A stretch of DNA of 13,958 nt from Octopus sinensis. Lineage: Eukaryota. The notes below the pieces were generated by a model. That model did not search any database. It was not told where the DNA came from and was given only the letters and a program-made list of their open reading frames with translations. The position numbers were made by a program, and so were the translations under genes. Shown here piece after piece: positions 1 through 9,384 of the stretch (position 1 is the stretch's first letter; each line of letters begins with the position of its first letter). The DNA lies in the NCBI RefSeq assembly GCF_006345805.1, contig NW_021825942.1, positions 1 to 13,958 of the forward strand, written 5' to 3'.

Positions 1-147
1 TTATACATATATATATACATACATATATATATATATATACATTGTATATATATATATATATATACATATATATATACATATATATATACCATATATATAT
101 ACATATATATACATATATATGCATCTCTATATATGTATATTATAATA

Positions 148-192
<45 letters not shown>

Positions 193-199
193 TAGTTAG

Positions 200-230
<31 letters not shown>

Positions 231-696
231 GAATATATATATTATATATATACACACATAGTATATATATGTACGTATGTTAGCGTCTACCAAATATTTC
301 TTCTCTATAGATTTGTCATTTATATAAGCATCTGCAGAGAGAAAGTTAAGTATACGGGTGTAGTATAAGTGAGGGGGTGTGGGGTGAGTGTGTCTGTCAC
401 TGGGTGTGAGCGTATGTGTGAGAGTCGGGTGTATATGCAGCTGCGTATGTATGCGTACGTCCATTACTGACACGTTTCGAAAAACATGCATCTGTATACA
501 TAATTACATATATATATATATGTATATATATATCTATATATATATATATATACATATATATATGGGTTGTGATGTATACACATATAGATGTATATATATG
601 TACGTAGATATACATAGGTTTATATATGTGTATATATATATATATATATGTTATGTGTACATATATAATATATATATGTATACATATATATACATA

Positions 697-735
<39 letters not shown>

Positions 736-782
736 TATTTATTTATTTATATATACACATATATATATATATATATATTATG

Positions 783-814
<32 letters not shown>

Positions 815-818
815 GATA

Positions 819-873
<55 letters not shown>

Positions 874-1560
874 GCCTGTTATTTGATATTTAATACGCAC
901 ATCAAGATATAAGTGTGGACTTAATTATATTATAGGAAGGAATCTATACAACATAACCATGACGCAATTACCGCATGTATGTACCTGTGTATATGTTGTG
1001 TATGTGCGCGTTTGTTGATGGACGTGTGTGTGTGGAGAGAAAATAGAGGAAGAAAGAGAGAGTGAGGGAGAGCGATTTATTCTATAATAATACCAACAAG
1101 ACAATCGTATGCTTAATATCCCACGAACATAATTATGTATTTATAAAAGAAAATTGTGCTATATTTATTGTATATAATAATTTATATATATATGTATATA
1201 TATATAACAATTTATATATATATATATATATTCATCTTGTATATATGTACGTGGGTATATGTATGTGTGTGGACATATATATCGACGCAAAGATAAATAT
1301 ATATTTTTATATACCTACATATGTATATATGTAAATGTGCGTATATGCATGGGTATGTGTAATACACACACACACACATCCCTCTCTCTCTGTTTCTTTC
1401 TCTCTCTCTCTATTTATCTATCTATCAGTCTATCTCTGTCTTTCTCCATCTATCCATGTATCTATATATCTAACGTGTATATATATATATTTATACATAT
1501 ATATAGATAGATAGATAAATAGATATGCCTGTATGTCTGTATGTATATATATTTATATTA
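1..1560. repeat. Compound (TA)n/(TATACA)n/(GA)n/(TG)n microsatellite field
   Basis: Directly visible dinucleotide runs (e.g. ~505-872 almost pure TA). These explain the YI/IY-rich ORFs. Confidence 0.95.
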
Positions 1561-1561
1561 T

Positions 1562-1911
1562 ATTATGGCTGCCCCCTCCTTATCGAGTATGGCCATTGCA
1601 CGAAGCTTAACTGTTACTGGTGCTGTGATCGAATGTGACTTTTTAGCCCAACTAAAGAACTACAATGTCTTGTACAAAATTGGCAACTAAAACCTTTACT
1701 GATAAATAGCCAGCTGTAGTTGTTACTGGTCTTCATGTACCTTTACATGTCGTTTAAGTCCTCCTGCCGAATTACACTCTCTTCCACATGCCCTAGATAT
1801 GATTAGTATGGTGTGTTACACCACCACCAGTGGCCAGGTTGTCACTCATCTGTCTCGTTTTATGACTACGAAGATGACTCTTGAGTCCAGCTTTACTGAG
1901 GCAGGGTCTTT
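1562..1911 (-). mobile_element. 3' fragment of an RTE-type LINE: degenerate ORF C-terminus with three C2H2 zinc fingers plus 3' UTR
   Basis: Manual minus-strand translation across two frameshifts and one stop: QRPCLSKAGLKSHLRSH...NHI/RACGRECNSAGGLKRHVKVHEDQ*.../ISKGFSCQFCTRHCSSLVGLKSHIRSQHQ* (final stop 1614-1616). A short UTR GCCATACTCGATAAGGAGGGGGCAGCC and an AT-rich tail follow, resembling RTE 3' ends. Confidence 0.75.
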
Positions 1912-1927
1912 GTGTGTGCATGTGTGC

Positions 1928-1960
<33 letters not shown>

Positions 1961-2029
1961 GGATTAAACACATAAATGTGAAACAAGGTGGAAAAAAGAG
2001 TACTCAAATACCAGTGGTAGAGTAATATG

Positions 2030-2168
2030 CTTTATTTAAAGCAGCAGAAAATTCAACAAAACCTGATACTCTGAGTTTCCGTTGCCGTTCATAAAAACTG
2101 TCCGATGAACGGCAACGGGAAACTCAGAGTAACAGGTTTTGTTGAATTTTCTGCTGCTTTAAATAAAG
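2030..2168. repeat. Near-perfect inverted repeat (63/64-bp arms, 12-nt spacer), probable inverted PLE terminal repeat remnant
   Basis: 2030-2092 is the reverse complement of 2105-2168 apart from one substitution and a 1-nt indel. The unit (~1959-2168) is bounded by (TA)n on both sides. Confidence 0.9.
2093..2140 (+). ncRNA. Minimal type I hammerhead ribozyme motif (U4C core variant)
   Basis: AAAAACUGU-CCGAUGA-ACG GCAA CGG-GAAAC UCAGA GUA/ACAGGUUUU. Stem I has 8 of 9 pairs, stem II is short and GNRA-capped, stem III is near-palindromic (ACUCAGAGU). Predicted cut after 2131. Confidence 0.65.
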
Positions 2169-2282
2169 TATATATATATATATAAAGGGAAGCTTTATGA
2201 AAATAGACAAAAGACGAAGGCAGGTGGAAAACAAACAAACAATTGTATTAGTATGGCGCTCAGGAAATATAAATAAAACAAG

Positions 2283-2320
2283 TCTTTAACGTTTCGAGCC
2301 TACGCTCTTCAACAGAAAGA
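2283..2320 (-). ncRNA. Minimal type I hammerhead ribozyme motif in the PLE 3' region (A6U core variant)
   Basis: UCUUU-CUGUUGA-A-GAGC GUAG GCUC-GAAAC GUU/AAAGA. 5-bp stem I, 4-bp stem II, loopless palindromic stem III AACGUU. Confidence 0.7.
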
Positions 2321-2484
2321 TACACAGAGAGAAAAAAAACACAGAAAGAAGGAGAGAAAAAAAATGCGTGCAGTAACTAACGAATCAACATGGCGATCTG
2401 ATTTCGGCCAGAAGTCAAAGATCAAACATGAGACGCGAGAGCGAAATTAGGGGAGATAATAGGGTTGAATGACCAGCTCCAACA

Positions 2485-2750
2485 TAAGGGTGTGTGTGTG
2501 TGTGTATGAGAGAGTATTAGTGCGTCTGAGAGGTCTGGACGTGTGTATGTATAGGGTTGGTGTATGTATTAGTATGTATTAGTATGTATTACTATGTATT
2601 AGTACGTATTAGTATGTATAAGGGTGTGTGTGTGTATGAGAGAGTATTAGTGCGTATGAGAGGTCTGGACGTGTGTATGTATAGGGTTGGTGTATGTATT
2701 AGTATGTATTAGTATGTATTAGTATGTATTAGTTGGTGTATGTATTAGTA
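2485..2750. repeat. ~134-bp tandem duplication containing (TATTAGTATG)n, inside the PLE 3' region
   Basis: Units start at TAAGGGTGTG (2485 and 2619) and share GAGAGTATTAGTGCGT...GAGAGGTCTGGACGTGTG. Confidence 0.9.
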
Positions 2751-3082
2751 TGGCACATCATATATGATGTGATGTGTAAAGTCGTGTGGTGTAGTGTGGA
2801 GAGAGGAGAAGAGGGGGAGAGGGAGGAGAGGGGGGAAAGGGGGAGAGAGAGGAGGGGAGAAGGAATGGGGAGGATGGGGAGGAGGAAAGAGGAGAGGGGG
2901 GGAGAGAGAAGAGGAGTGAGGGAGCAGAGGGAAGGGGAAGAAGAGGGAAGGAGGGAGGGAGAAAGAGGGAAGAAGGGAAGGGGAGTAGGGGTGTGTGAAA
3001 GGATGAAGGACTGAAGAAGTAGGGTCGGGGGGGAAAGGTAGGTGAGGAGGGGGAGAGGGGGTTAGATGAGGAGGGGGGAGAG

Positions 3083-3360
3083 TTTGAGACCAAATGGCGT
3101 GTAAGAGCGAAGAGAGAAGATTAATTCCTGTTCACGGCGCAAACGGGAATCCGGATGGCCTCTGTGTAAGGACAAACCGAACACAGATAGGTGTTGCAAG
3201 GAGTGGACCGGTGGAGCGGAAATGGCGAGAGACGGTGTGTCGTTCGCAAGGTGGATTCACGAAGGTGTTCCGCGAACCGGTCAGCCAAGCGGCGTCCCGT
3301 TTGTCCGATGTACAAGGAATGGCAGAGAGAGCAAGAGGCGCAATAGATAATATTGCTGGA
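3083..3360 (-). pseudogene. PLE GIY-YIG endonuclease domain, frameshifted
   Basis: SSNIIYCASCSLCHSLYIGQTGRRLADRFAEHLR /fs/ VSRHFRSTG /fs/ HSLQHLSVFGLSLHRGHPDSRLRREQELIFSLRSYTPFGL. Contains IY..CxxC..YIGQT..R..EH and the terminal RE..I..L....P.GL(N) motif typical of PLE endonucleases. Confidence 0.9.
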
Positions 3361-3376
3361 GTGCGTGTACATACAC

Positions 3377-3469
<93 letters not shown>

Positions 3470-3575
3470 CATGTGTACATATATATCGGTGAGTGGACAA
3501 ATGAAAAGAAAGAGGCACTCAACACATTTGGACATTGGTAAAACTTAAAAAGTCAATAATTTAAAACAGTTTGAA

Positions 3576-3635
3576 TCGACTTAAAGTTTCGCGGGATCTT
3601 ACTGAAATCTAGCTCTTCGCTCATAATGAAGTCGA
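3576..3635 (-). other. Degenerate hammerhead-like motif, probable decayed PLE terminus
   Basis: 7-bp stem I UCGACUU/AAGUCGA, stem II base GCG/CGC and GAAAC are present, but the core reads CAUUAUGA and the site reads UUU. Confidence 0.35.
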
Positions 3636-3649
3636 CGATATCTGTACGA

Positions 3650-4264
3650 CGGAACCGGCGTTACTTCCATTTTAACCCTAGGAGGACACCTCTTCCAGCT
3701 GGTTATCTCGTCACTGGAAAATGGTAGAGGTTCGCGCCCCTGCTTGTAATATATATCTGGTGCAGATAGGCGGCGAGCTGGCAGAATCGTTAGCAAGTCG
3801 GGCGAAATGCTTAGCGGTATTTCGTCTGCCGCTACGTTCTGAGTTCAAATTCCGCCGAGGTCGACTTTGCCTTTCATTCTTTCGGTGTCGATTAAATAAG
3901 TACCAGTTACGCACTATGGTCGATATAATCGACTCAATCCGTGTGTCTGTCCTTGTTTGTCCTCTCTGTGTTTAGCCCCTTGTGGGTAATAAAGAAATAG
4001 GTATTTCGTCTGTCTTTATGTACTGAGTTCAAATTCCGCCATGGTCGACTTTGCCTTTCATCCTTTCGGGGTCGATAAATAAAGTACCAGTTTAGCACTG
4101 GGAACGATGTAATCGACTTAATCCCTTTGTCTGTCCTTGTTTGTCCCCTCTATGTTTAGCCCCTTGTGGGCAGTAAAGAAATATATATATCTGGTGCAGA
4201 TTGCATCGATAACCAGCTGGGAGAGGCTCTTCCAGTGGTTAAAACGGTATTAACGTTGGTTCCG
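3650..4264. repeat. Imperfect ~58-bp inverted repeat pair (3650-3707 / 4208-4264) enclosing a SINE insertion
   Basis: CGGAACCggCGTTA...CCAGCTGGTTATC versus the reverse complement of GATAACCAGCTGG...TAACGttGGTTCCG; about 46/58 identical by manual alignment. Confidence 0.75.
3768..4182 (+). mobile_element. SINE family B, dimeric (full unit plus 5'-truncated unit), with 19-bp TSD
   Basis: Head GGCGGCGAGCTGGCAGAATCGTTAGC, B-box-like GAGTTCAAATTCC; second unit starts at 4000. TSD ATATATATCTGGTGCAGAT at 3749-3767 and 4183-4201. Confidence 0.9.
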
Positions 4265-4420
4265 GCTGAAGAGAGGTGTCGAGGTGGCGGTAAGTATATA
4301 TATTTATACGAGGGAGTAGTCAAATGTAACCGGAAACGTTCTCTGAGATAAACCGTTTGTAGTTCAGATTTCTGCCGCTGGAAACCAGCGTCTTCTTGTG
4401 GTGTCGTACTGTCACATTGT

Positions 4421-4545
4421 GCGTCTTTGGTTTGTAGTGCTTCTCCCATGTTCCCACATGGTTCTGGGTTCAATCCCACTGCGTGGCACTTTGGGCAAGT
4501 GTCTTCTACTATAGCGTCTTTGGTTTGTAGTGCCTCTCCCATGTT
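4421..4545 (+). repeat. 32-bp direct repeat (4421-4452, 4514-4545) flanking a 61-bp SINE A head fragment
   Basis: GCGTCTTTGGTTTGTAGTGC(T/C)TCTCCCATGTT occurs twice with one mismatch. Insert 4453-4513 matches the reverse complement of ~12868-12927. Confidence 0.9.
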
Positions 4546-4764
4546 ACTCTTTTACTCTTATATTCTTTTACTTGTTTCAGTCATTTCACAGCGGCCATGC
4601 TGGAGCACCGCCTTTAGTCGAGCAAATCGACCCCAGGACTTATTATTTGTAAGCCCAGTACTTATTCTATCGGTCTCTTTTTGCCGAACCGCTAAGTTAC
4701 GGGGACGTAAACACACCAGCATCGGTTGTCAAGCGATGTTGAGGAGACAAACACAGACACACAA

Positions 4765-4796
<32 letters not shown>

Positions 4797-4931
4797 GTAT
4801 ATATGCATCTATACGACGAGCTTCTTTCAGTTTCCGTCTACCAAATTGACTCACAAGGCTTTGGTCGACCCAAGGCTGCGGAACCATGTGGTTGGTAAGC
4901 AAGCTACTTACCATACAGCCACTCCTGCACC
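4546..4931 (-). mobile_element. tRNA-derived SINE family A with an internal ~45-bp deletion
   Basis: Head GGTGCAGGAGTGGCTGTATGGTAAG, internal (TG)n, tail of AAAAGAGT-like repeats; colinear with the 12599-12967 copy. Confidence 0.9.
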
Positions 4932-5269
4932 GTTGATTTTTGCGATGGCTTAAACCAATGAACAGTGTGCTTCCGAGAAATTCTGTTTTCTGCTCGGGAA
5001 AGCGGTTGCCGAAACATTTGTCATGTTTCAAACAGCTTACAGGGACCCTACCATGAGCATACATACATACATACATACATGCATACATACACATGTTGTG
5101 CATGTATGTATGTATGTATGCAATCTAGTATTACGTGACCTAGATTTATGAGTGCGTGCGTGTGTGTATATATGTATGTGTGAGTATACCACTAGATGGA
5201 TAGATATATATAGAGAGAGAGTTTTGCGGGCGTGTGCTCACGTGTGCATGCTTATACTCATCTAACTGT

Positions 5270-5317
5270 AATGATGAGGATGATGATGAGGAGGAGGAGG
5301 TGCAGGGGAGGAGGATA

Positions 5318-5367
<50 letters not shown>

Positions 5368-5563
5368 TTGGAGGCGAAGGAGTTTGATGGTCGTAGTTGC
5401 AGTAGCGGTTGTAACAACGAAGGAGATAATGGCTCTGTTAACAGCGATGATAGTGATAATGGTGGTAGTGGTGGTGGTGGTGGAGCTGCTGATGCTGTTA
5501 CTGCTGCTGCTGGTAACGGTGATGGTGGTGGTAGTAGTAGTAGTTGTTGTTGTTGTTGTTACT

Positions 5564-5597
<34 letters not shown>

Positions 5598-6630
5598 GGT
5601 GAGTTGTAATGGAGGTGTTGGTGGTGGTGGTTTGTAGCAGTGTTGGGGCTGGTAGTAGTTTAAGTGTTGTTGGTTAGTTGGCAATGGCGGTAGTGATGGT
5701 GTTGGTAGCGGTGGTAGCGGCGGTGGTGGCGGCGGTGGTGGCGGCGGTGGTGGCGGCGGCGGTGGTTGGGATGGTGTTTCACGTAAATCAATAAACGTGA
5801 CATTAAACAATACTTTCAGTAAATTGTGGAAATAATTTCAACAATGCGAACCTATTGTTTTATAGATAGTGTTTATGGTGGTGGTGGTGGTGGTGGTGGT
5901 GGTGGTGGTGGTGGTGGTGGTGGTGGTGGAGGTGTTGGTGGTGGTGGTGGTGGTGGTGGTGGTGGTGGTGGTGGTGGTGGTGATGGTGGTGGTGGTGGTG
6001 GTGATGGTGGTGATGGTTGTGGTGGTGGTGGTGGTGGTGGTGATGGTGGGGTTATTGATGGTGGTAGTGATAGTGGTGATGGTGGTGATAATGGTGGTGG
6101 TGGTGATGATGGTGGTGGTCTGGTGTTGTTGCTGGTGCTGTGGGGGTGCTGATGGTGGTGATGATGGTGGTGGTGGTGGTGGTGTTTGTAGTGATGATTG
6201 ATGGTTGTGATATTGATGGTTGTGGTGCTTGTATTGGTGGTAGTAGTGGCAATGGTGGTTATGATGGTTGTTGTTGTTGTTGTGGTGATAGTGGTGGTAG
6301 TGGTGGTAGTGGTGGTGGTGATAATGGTGGTGGTGGTGGTGGTGTTGCTGATGGTTGTGGTATTGATGTTTGTGATGGTTGTGTTGGTGGTAGTGGTGAT
6401 AATGGTGGTTGTGATGGTTGTTGTTGTTGTGGTGATAGTGGTGGTAGTGGTGGTAGTGGTGGTGGTGATAATGGTGGTGGTGGTGGTGGTGGTGGTGGTG
6501 CTGATGTTTGTGGTATTGATGTTTGTGATGGTTGTGTTGGTGGTAGTGGTGGTTGTTGTTGTTGTTGTTGTTGTTGTTGTTGATGTTGGTGGTGGTGGTG
6601 GTGGTGGTGGTGGTGGTGGTGGTGGTGGTG
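5270..6630. repeat. Compound trinucleotide field (GAT/GGT/GTA/GTT)n with a ~150-bp higher-order repeat at ~6197-6580
   Basis: Direct inspection; higher-order units begin near 6197, 6347 and 6500. Confidence 0.9.
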
Positions 6631-7017
6631 CGAAAACAACAGAAATAGCAGTCATACTACCGATGCCAACGTAGAAGCTCGTGACTCGATCTGCTAGAAA
6701 TTGCAAGCAACTCTCCCTCGTATCCCTCGCTTCCACCCTTTTTTGTTGCAGGCAGGACACTTGAAAACAATTTAGTTTTGACACTCTGACTAACAGTAGT
6801 GATGGTCGCGGTCGGTGCAAATTTGGTCAAACACCTGATTGATCATTGTTGACTTAAGGTTAAAGAGTAACAATAACCGACCAGGCAACACGAATTGTAA
6901 CAACAACAGCAACAAACAGTTGAAGGACAATAAAAACATCAATAGGAACGAAGACAACATCAACGTTTTAATAACATTATTAACAACAACAATATCAACA
7001 ACAACAGCAACAGCAGT

Positions 7018-7390
7018 GGAAGCGCAATGGCCCAGTGGTTAGGGCAGCGGACTCGCGGTAGGAGGATCGCGGTTTCGATTCCCAGACCAGGCGTTGTATG
7101 TGTTCATTGAGCGAAAACACCTAAAGCTCCACGAGGCTCCGGCAGGGGTTGGTGGCGACCCCTGTTATACTCTTTCGCTCCAACTTTCTCTCACTCTTTC
7201 TTCCTGTTTCTTGTCCCCGACTTCCTACGCAACCGCTGAGCCTGGATGCGCATTCATCCATCCGTCGATGCTCTCTGTTGGGGATTGACCTGCTTTCTCT
7301 TCTGCGGGTCTTACAAATAGCAAAGGACCACGTTTCGGACTTCTCTCACTGGGACGAAGACCGCTTCGCTCAACAATCAAACAAACAAAC
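7018..7390 (+). mobile_element. tRNA-derived SINE family C, tail type 1
   Basis: A box TGGCCCAGTGG, B box GTTTCGATTCC, (CAAA)n end. 7021-7203 is homologous to 11170-10988. Confidence 0.85.
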
Positions 7391-7424
7391 AACAACAGCA
7401 ACAATAAGCAGCAATAGTGGGATA

Positions 7425-7650
7425 ATTGCTTCTAACTTTGGAACAAAGCCAACAATTCTAAGAGGAGGACGATTCTAAGAATTGGTCGATTACATTGATT
7501 TATGGACTTGACAGGTACTTATTTTATCGATCTCGAAATGATGAAAAGCAATGTCATCCTTAGCGGAATTTAAACTCAAGACGTAAAGACGGATGATACG
7601 TCGCTAAGCGTTTCGTCCGTCGTGCCGATCATTCTACCGGATCGTTGCCC
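7425..7650 (-). mobile_element. SINE family B, diverged
   Basis: GGTACTTATTTTATCGA...GGAATTTAAACTC...GCTAAGCGTTTCGTCCG is colinear with the reverse complement of 3769-3930. Confidence 0.8.
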
Positions 7651-7844
7651 TAATGATGGTAATAATGGTTTCAAATTTTGGCATCAGATCAGCAATTTTT
7701 CTTTTGTTAGGAGGGGTGGCCGTAAGTCGATGAAATCAACCTCGATGTTCAACTGGCACTTATTTTACTGTCCCCTAAAAGGATGAAAGGCAAAGTCGAT
7801 TGCGGCGAAATTTGAACTCAGAACGTAAAGACAGATGAAATACT

Positions 7845-7996
7845 ATTTACATTATTTACATTTGACGGATATTTGTCCTCATCCTGTTTTTTGTTAACAC
7901 AACGTTTCGGCTGATATACCCTCCAGCCTTCATCAGGTGTCTTGGGGAAATTTCGAACCTGGGTTCTTATTCCTAAGGTATTTTTCGATGTTATTG

Positions 7997-8062
<66 letters not shown>

Positions 8063-8209
8063 TCACTGCCTGGAATCGATCTCGGAATCCTGGGGGTTAG
8101 TAGCTTGCGTTCTTAACCACTACACCATATGCATGTGGGCATATCCGTCAATTGTAAGTAATGTAAATAATGTACATAATTCCTCATCTCTTAAATATAG
8201 AACTGTATT
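7845..8209 (-). mobile_element. tRNA-headed, HHR-bearing non-autonomous retroelement with an inverted terminal copy
   Basis: Minus strand: tRNA-like head ~8132-8061 (A box TGGTGTAGTGG, B-box-like GAGATCGATTCC), (AAT)n spacer 7991-8058, HHR 7896-7941, tail to 7845. 8141-8169 is an inverted copy of 7844-7872. 12-bp TSD with one mismatch. Confidence 0.8.
7896..7941 (-). ncRNA. Minimal type I hammerhead ribozyme, canonical core
   Basis: GACAC-CUGAUGA-A-GGCUG GAGGGUAUAU CAGCC-GAAAC GUU/GUGUU. 5-bp stems I and II, palindromic stem III AACGUU. Predicted cut between 7901 and 7900. Confidence 0.85.
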
Positions 8210-8273
8210 AGATGAAATGCTGCTAAGCATTTCACCCAGCGTACTAACGACTCTGACAGTTAGCCGCCTTGAA

Positions 8274-8329
<56 letters not shown>

Positions 8330-8351
8330 GTAATAATAATAATAATAATAA

Positions 8352-8907
8352 ATGCCCTGATGCAGTACCAGACAGTGGCTCTCATGGCTTCTGATCTTAA
8401 CTGATTGGAAGTGTTATCATGTACATTGTTTTGTCTTGGTATAAAAGATGGGCTACAGCAAATATTCTGCTCAATATCACAGATTTGCTTGTCAGTTGTT
8501 TGACCTTAACCAGTTGAGCATATCCCTTAGTGGCTAACGATATGTGCATCTCTGATCATGGGCGGAAGTAGTGAAGGAGCATCAGAACCGTGTGTTCAGA
8601 GGGATTCTTTGGGGTTTTAATAATTCACTCTTGCAAACATGGGTGTTTCGTTCAACATCCTTAAACAACCCTTATTCAGGGACCTTTTGACCGGGAAGGG
8701 CTACTCAACCTGAAAGAAATTCTAACTGGGCCCCACCTGCAAGGTCATGCGCTCTTTATCTTGGTATGAGATCACCATGTCGCGCACATATGGTTGTGAT
8801 GCATGTGCCTAGTGCACCCTTATCAGACGGGTAGTCATGATGGGTATACTGGGCTTCGTATATTTTACTCCTGTGTCACTTTGATGGCATGCACTGCTCT
8901 CTCACTC
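8352..8907. mobile_element. Probable interspersed repeat fragment inserted in (AAT)n, family unassigned
   Basis: ~555 bp of complex sequence with sharp (AAT)n boundaries on both sides and no recognisable ORF. Resembles an abundant octopus repeat from memory only. Confidence 0.45.
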
Positions 8908-8995
8908 AATAATAATAATGATAATAACAACAACAACAACAACAACAACAACAAAAATAGCAACAACTACAATAATAATAATAATGATAATAATA

Positions 8996-9036
<41 letters not shown>

Positions 9037-9040
9037 TAAT

Positions 9041-9251
9041 ATTTCTACTATAGGTACAAGGCCTGAAATTTATTGGGAAAGGTCGGGTTGTTTACGTTAA
9101 AGCCAGCTCTTGACTGTTATGTATTTCAGCGATACTGACAAGATGAAAGGCAAAAAATGTCGACCTCAGTGGAATGTGAACTCAGAATTTTATTAGTTGG
9201 AAGAAATGCTCTCTAGCATTTTGTCCGACGCGCTAATGATTCTGCCAACTC
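9041..9251 (-). mobile_element. SINE family B, diverged
   Basis: GATGAAAGGCAAAAAATGTCGACCTCAGTGGAATGTGAACTCAGAA...GCTAATGATTCTGCCAACTC is colinear with other B copies. Confidence 0.8.
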
Positions 9252-9352
9252 AATAATAATGCGAACGAGGACAACAACGGCATGGCAACAATAACAACAA
9301 CAACAAGAACGTTTTAATGACAACATCAGTAATAAAAAGAACAATGCCAAGT

Positions 9353-9384
<32 letters not shown>

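Larger units (their letters stand above)
2184..3366 (-). mobile_element. 5'-truncated Penelope-like retroelement (GIY-YIG C-terminus, long 3' region, HHR) inserted in (TA)n
   Basis: Order on the minus strand: GIY-YIG remnant, polypyrimidine tract, tandem repeats, HHR motif. (TA)n flanks at 2169-2183 and ~3379-3468. Confidence 0.8.
4307..5058 (+). mobile_element. Mariner DNA transposon 5' fragment (TIR plus transposase N-terminus), interrupted by SINE A sequences
   Basis: TA|CGAGGGAGTAGTCAAATGTAACCGGAA resembles a mariner TIR (4307-4335). 4945-5058 translates MA*TNEQCASEKFCFLLGKAVAETFVMFQTAYRDPTMS, matching the mariner HTH pattern EQR..IKFC..LGK.A.ET..ML..AY....MS. Truncated by (CATA)n. Confidence 0.75.
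7667..8268 (-). mobile_element. SINE family B split by a 365-bp insertion (pieces 7667-7844 and 8210-8268)
   Basis: The body resumes in register after the insertion. Duplicated site AGATGAAAT(A/G)CT at 7833-7844 and 8210-8221. Confidence 0.85.

Noticed and set aside
461-500. GAAACGUGUC half-hammerhead on the minus strand
   Set aside because: No CUGANGA box and no convincing stems I or II.
388-1510. YI/IY-rich ORFs
   Set aside because: Translations of (TA)n microsatellites.
4266-4345. CUGAAGA ... GAAACGUU on the plus strand
   Set aside because: No stem I or II pairing, and the boxes belong to different elements.
5234-6820. Long poly-P/T/G/V ORFs up to 315 aa (mucin- or formin-like look)
   Set aside because: Open in most frames on both strands because the trinucleotide repeats lack stops; no domain or splice evidence.
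6670-6870. Possible old SINE tail fragment
   Set aside because: Only a vague remembered resemblance, with no second copy in the window to align.
2283-7941. Heterodimer between the two AACGUU-type HHRs
   Set aside because: A dimer needs cross-paired stem I, and UCUUU/GUGUU and GACAC/AAAGA are incompatible.
8061-8132. Genuine tRNA gene (also considered for the other SINE heads)
   Set aside because: Acceptor and anticodon stems do not pair properly, and each head continues into a repeat body.
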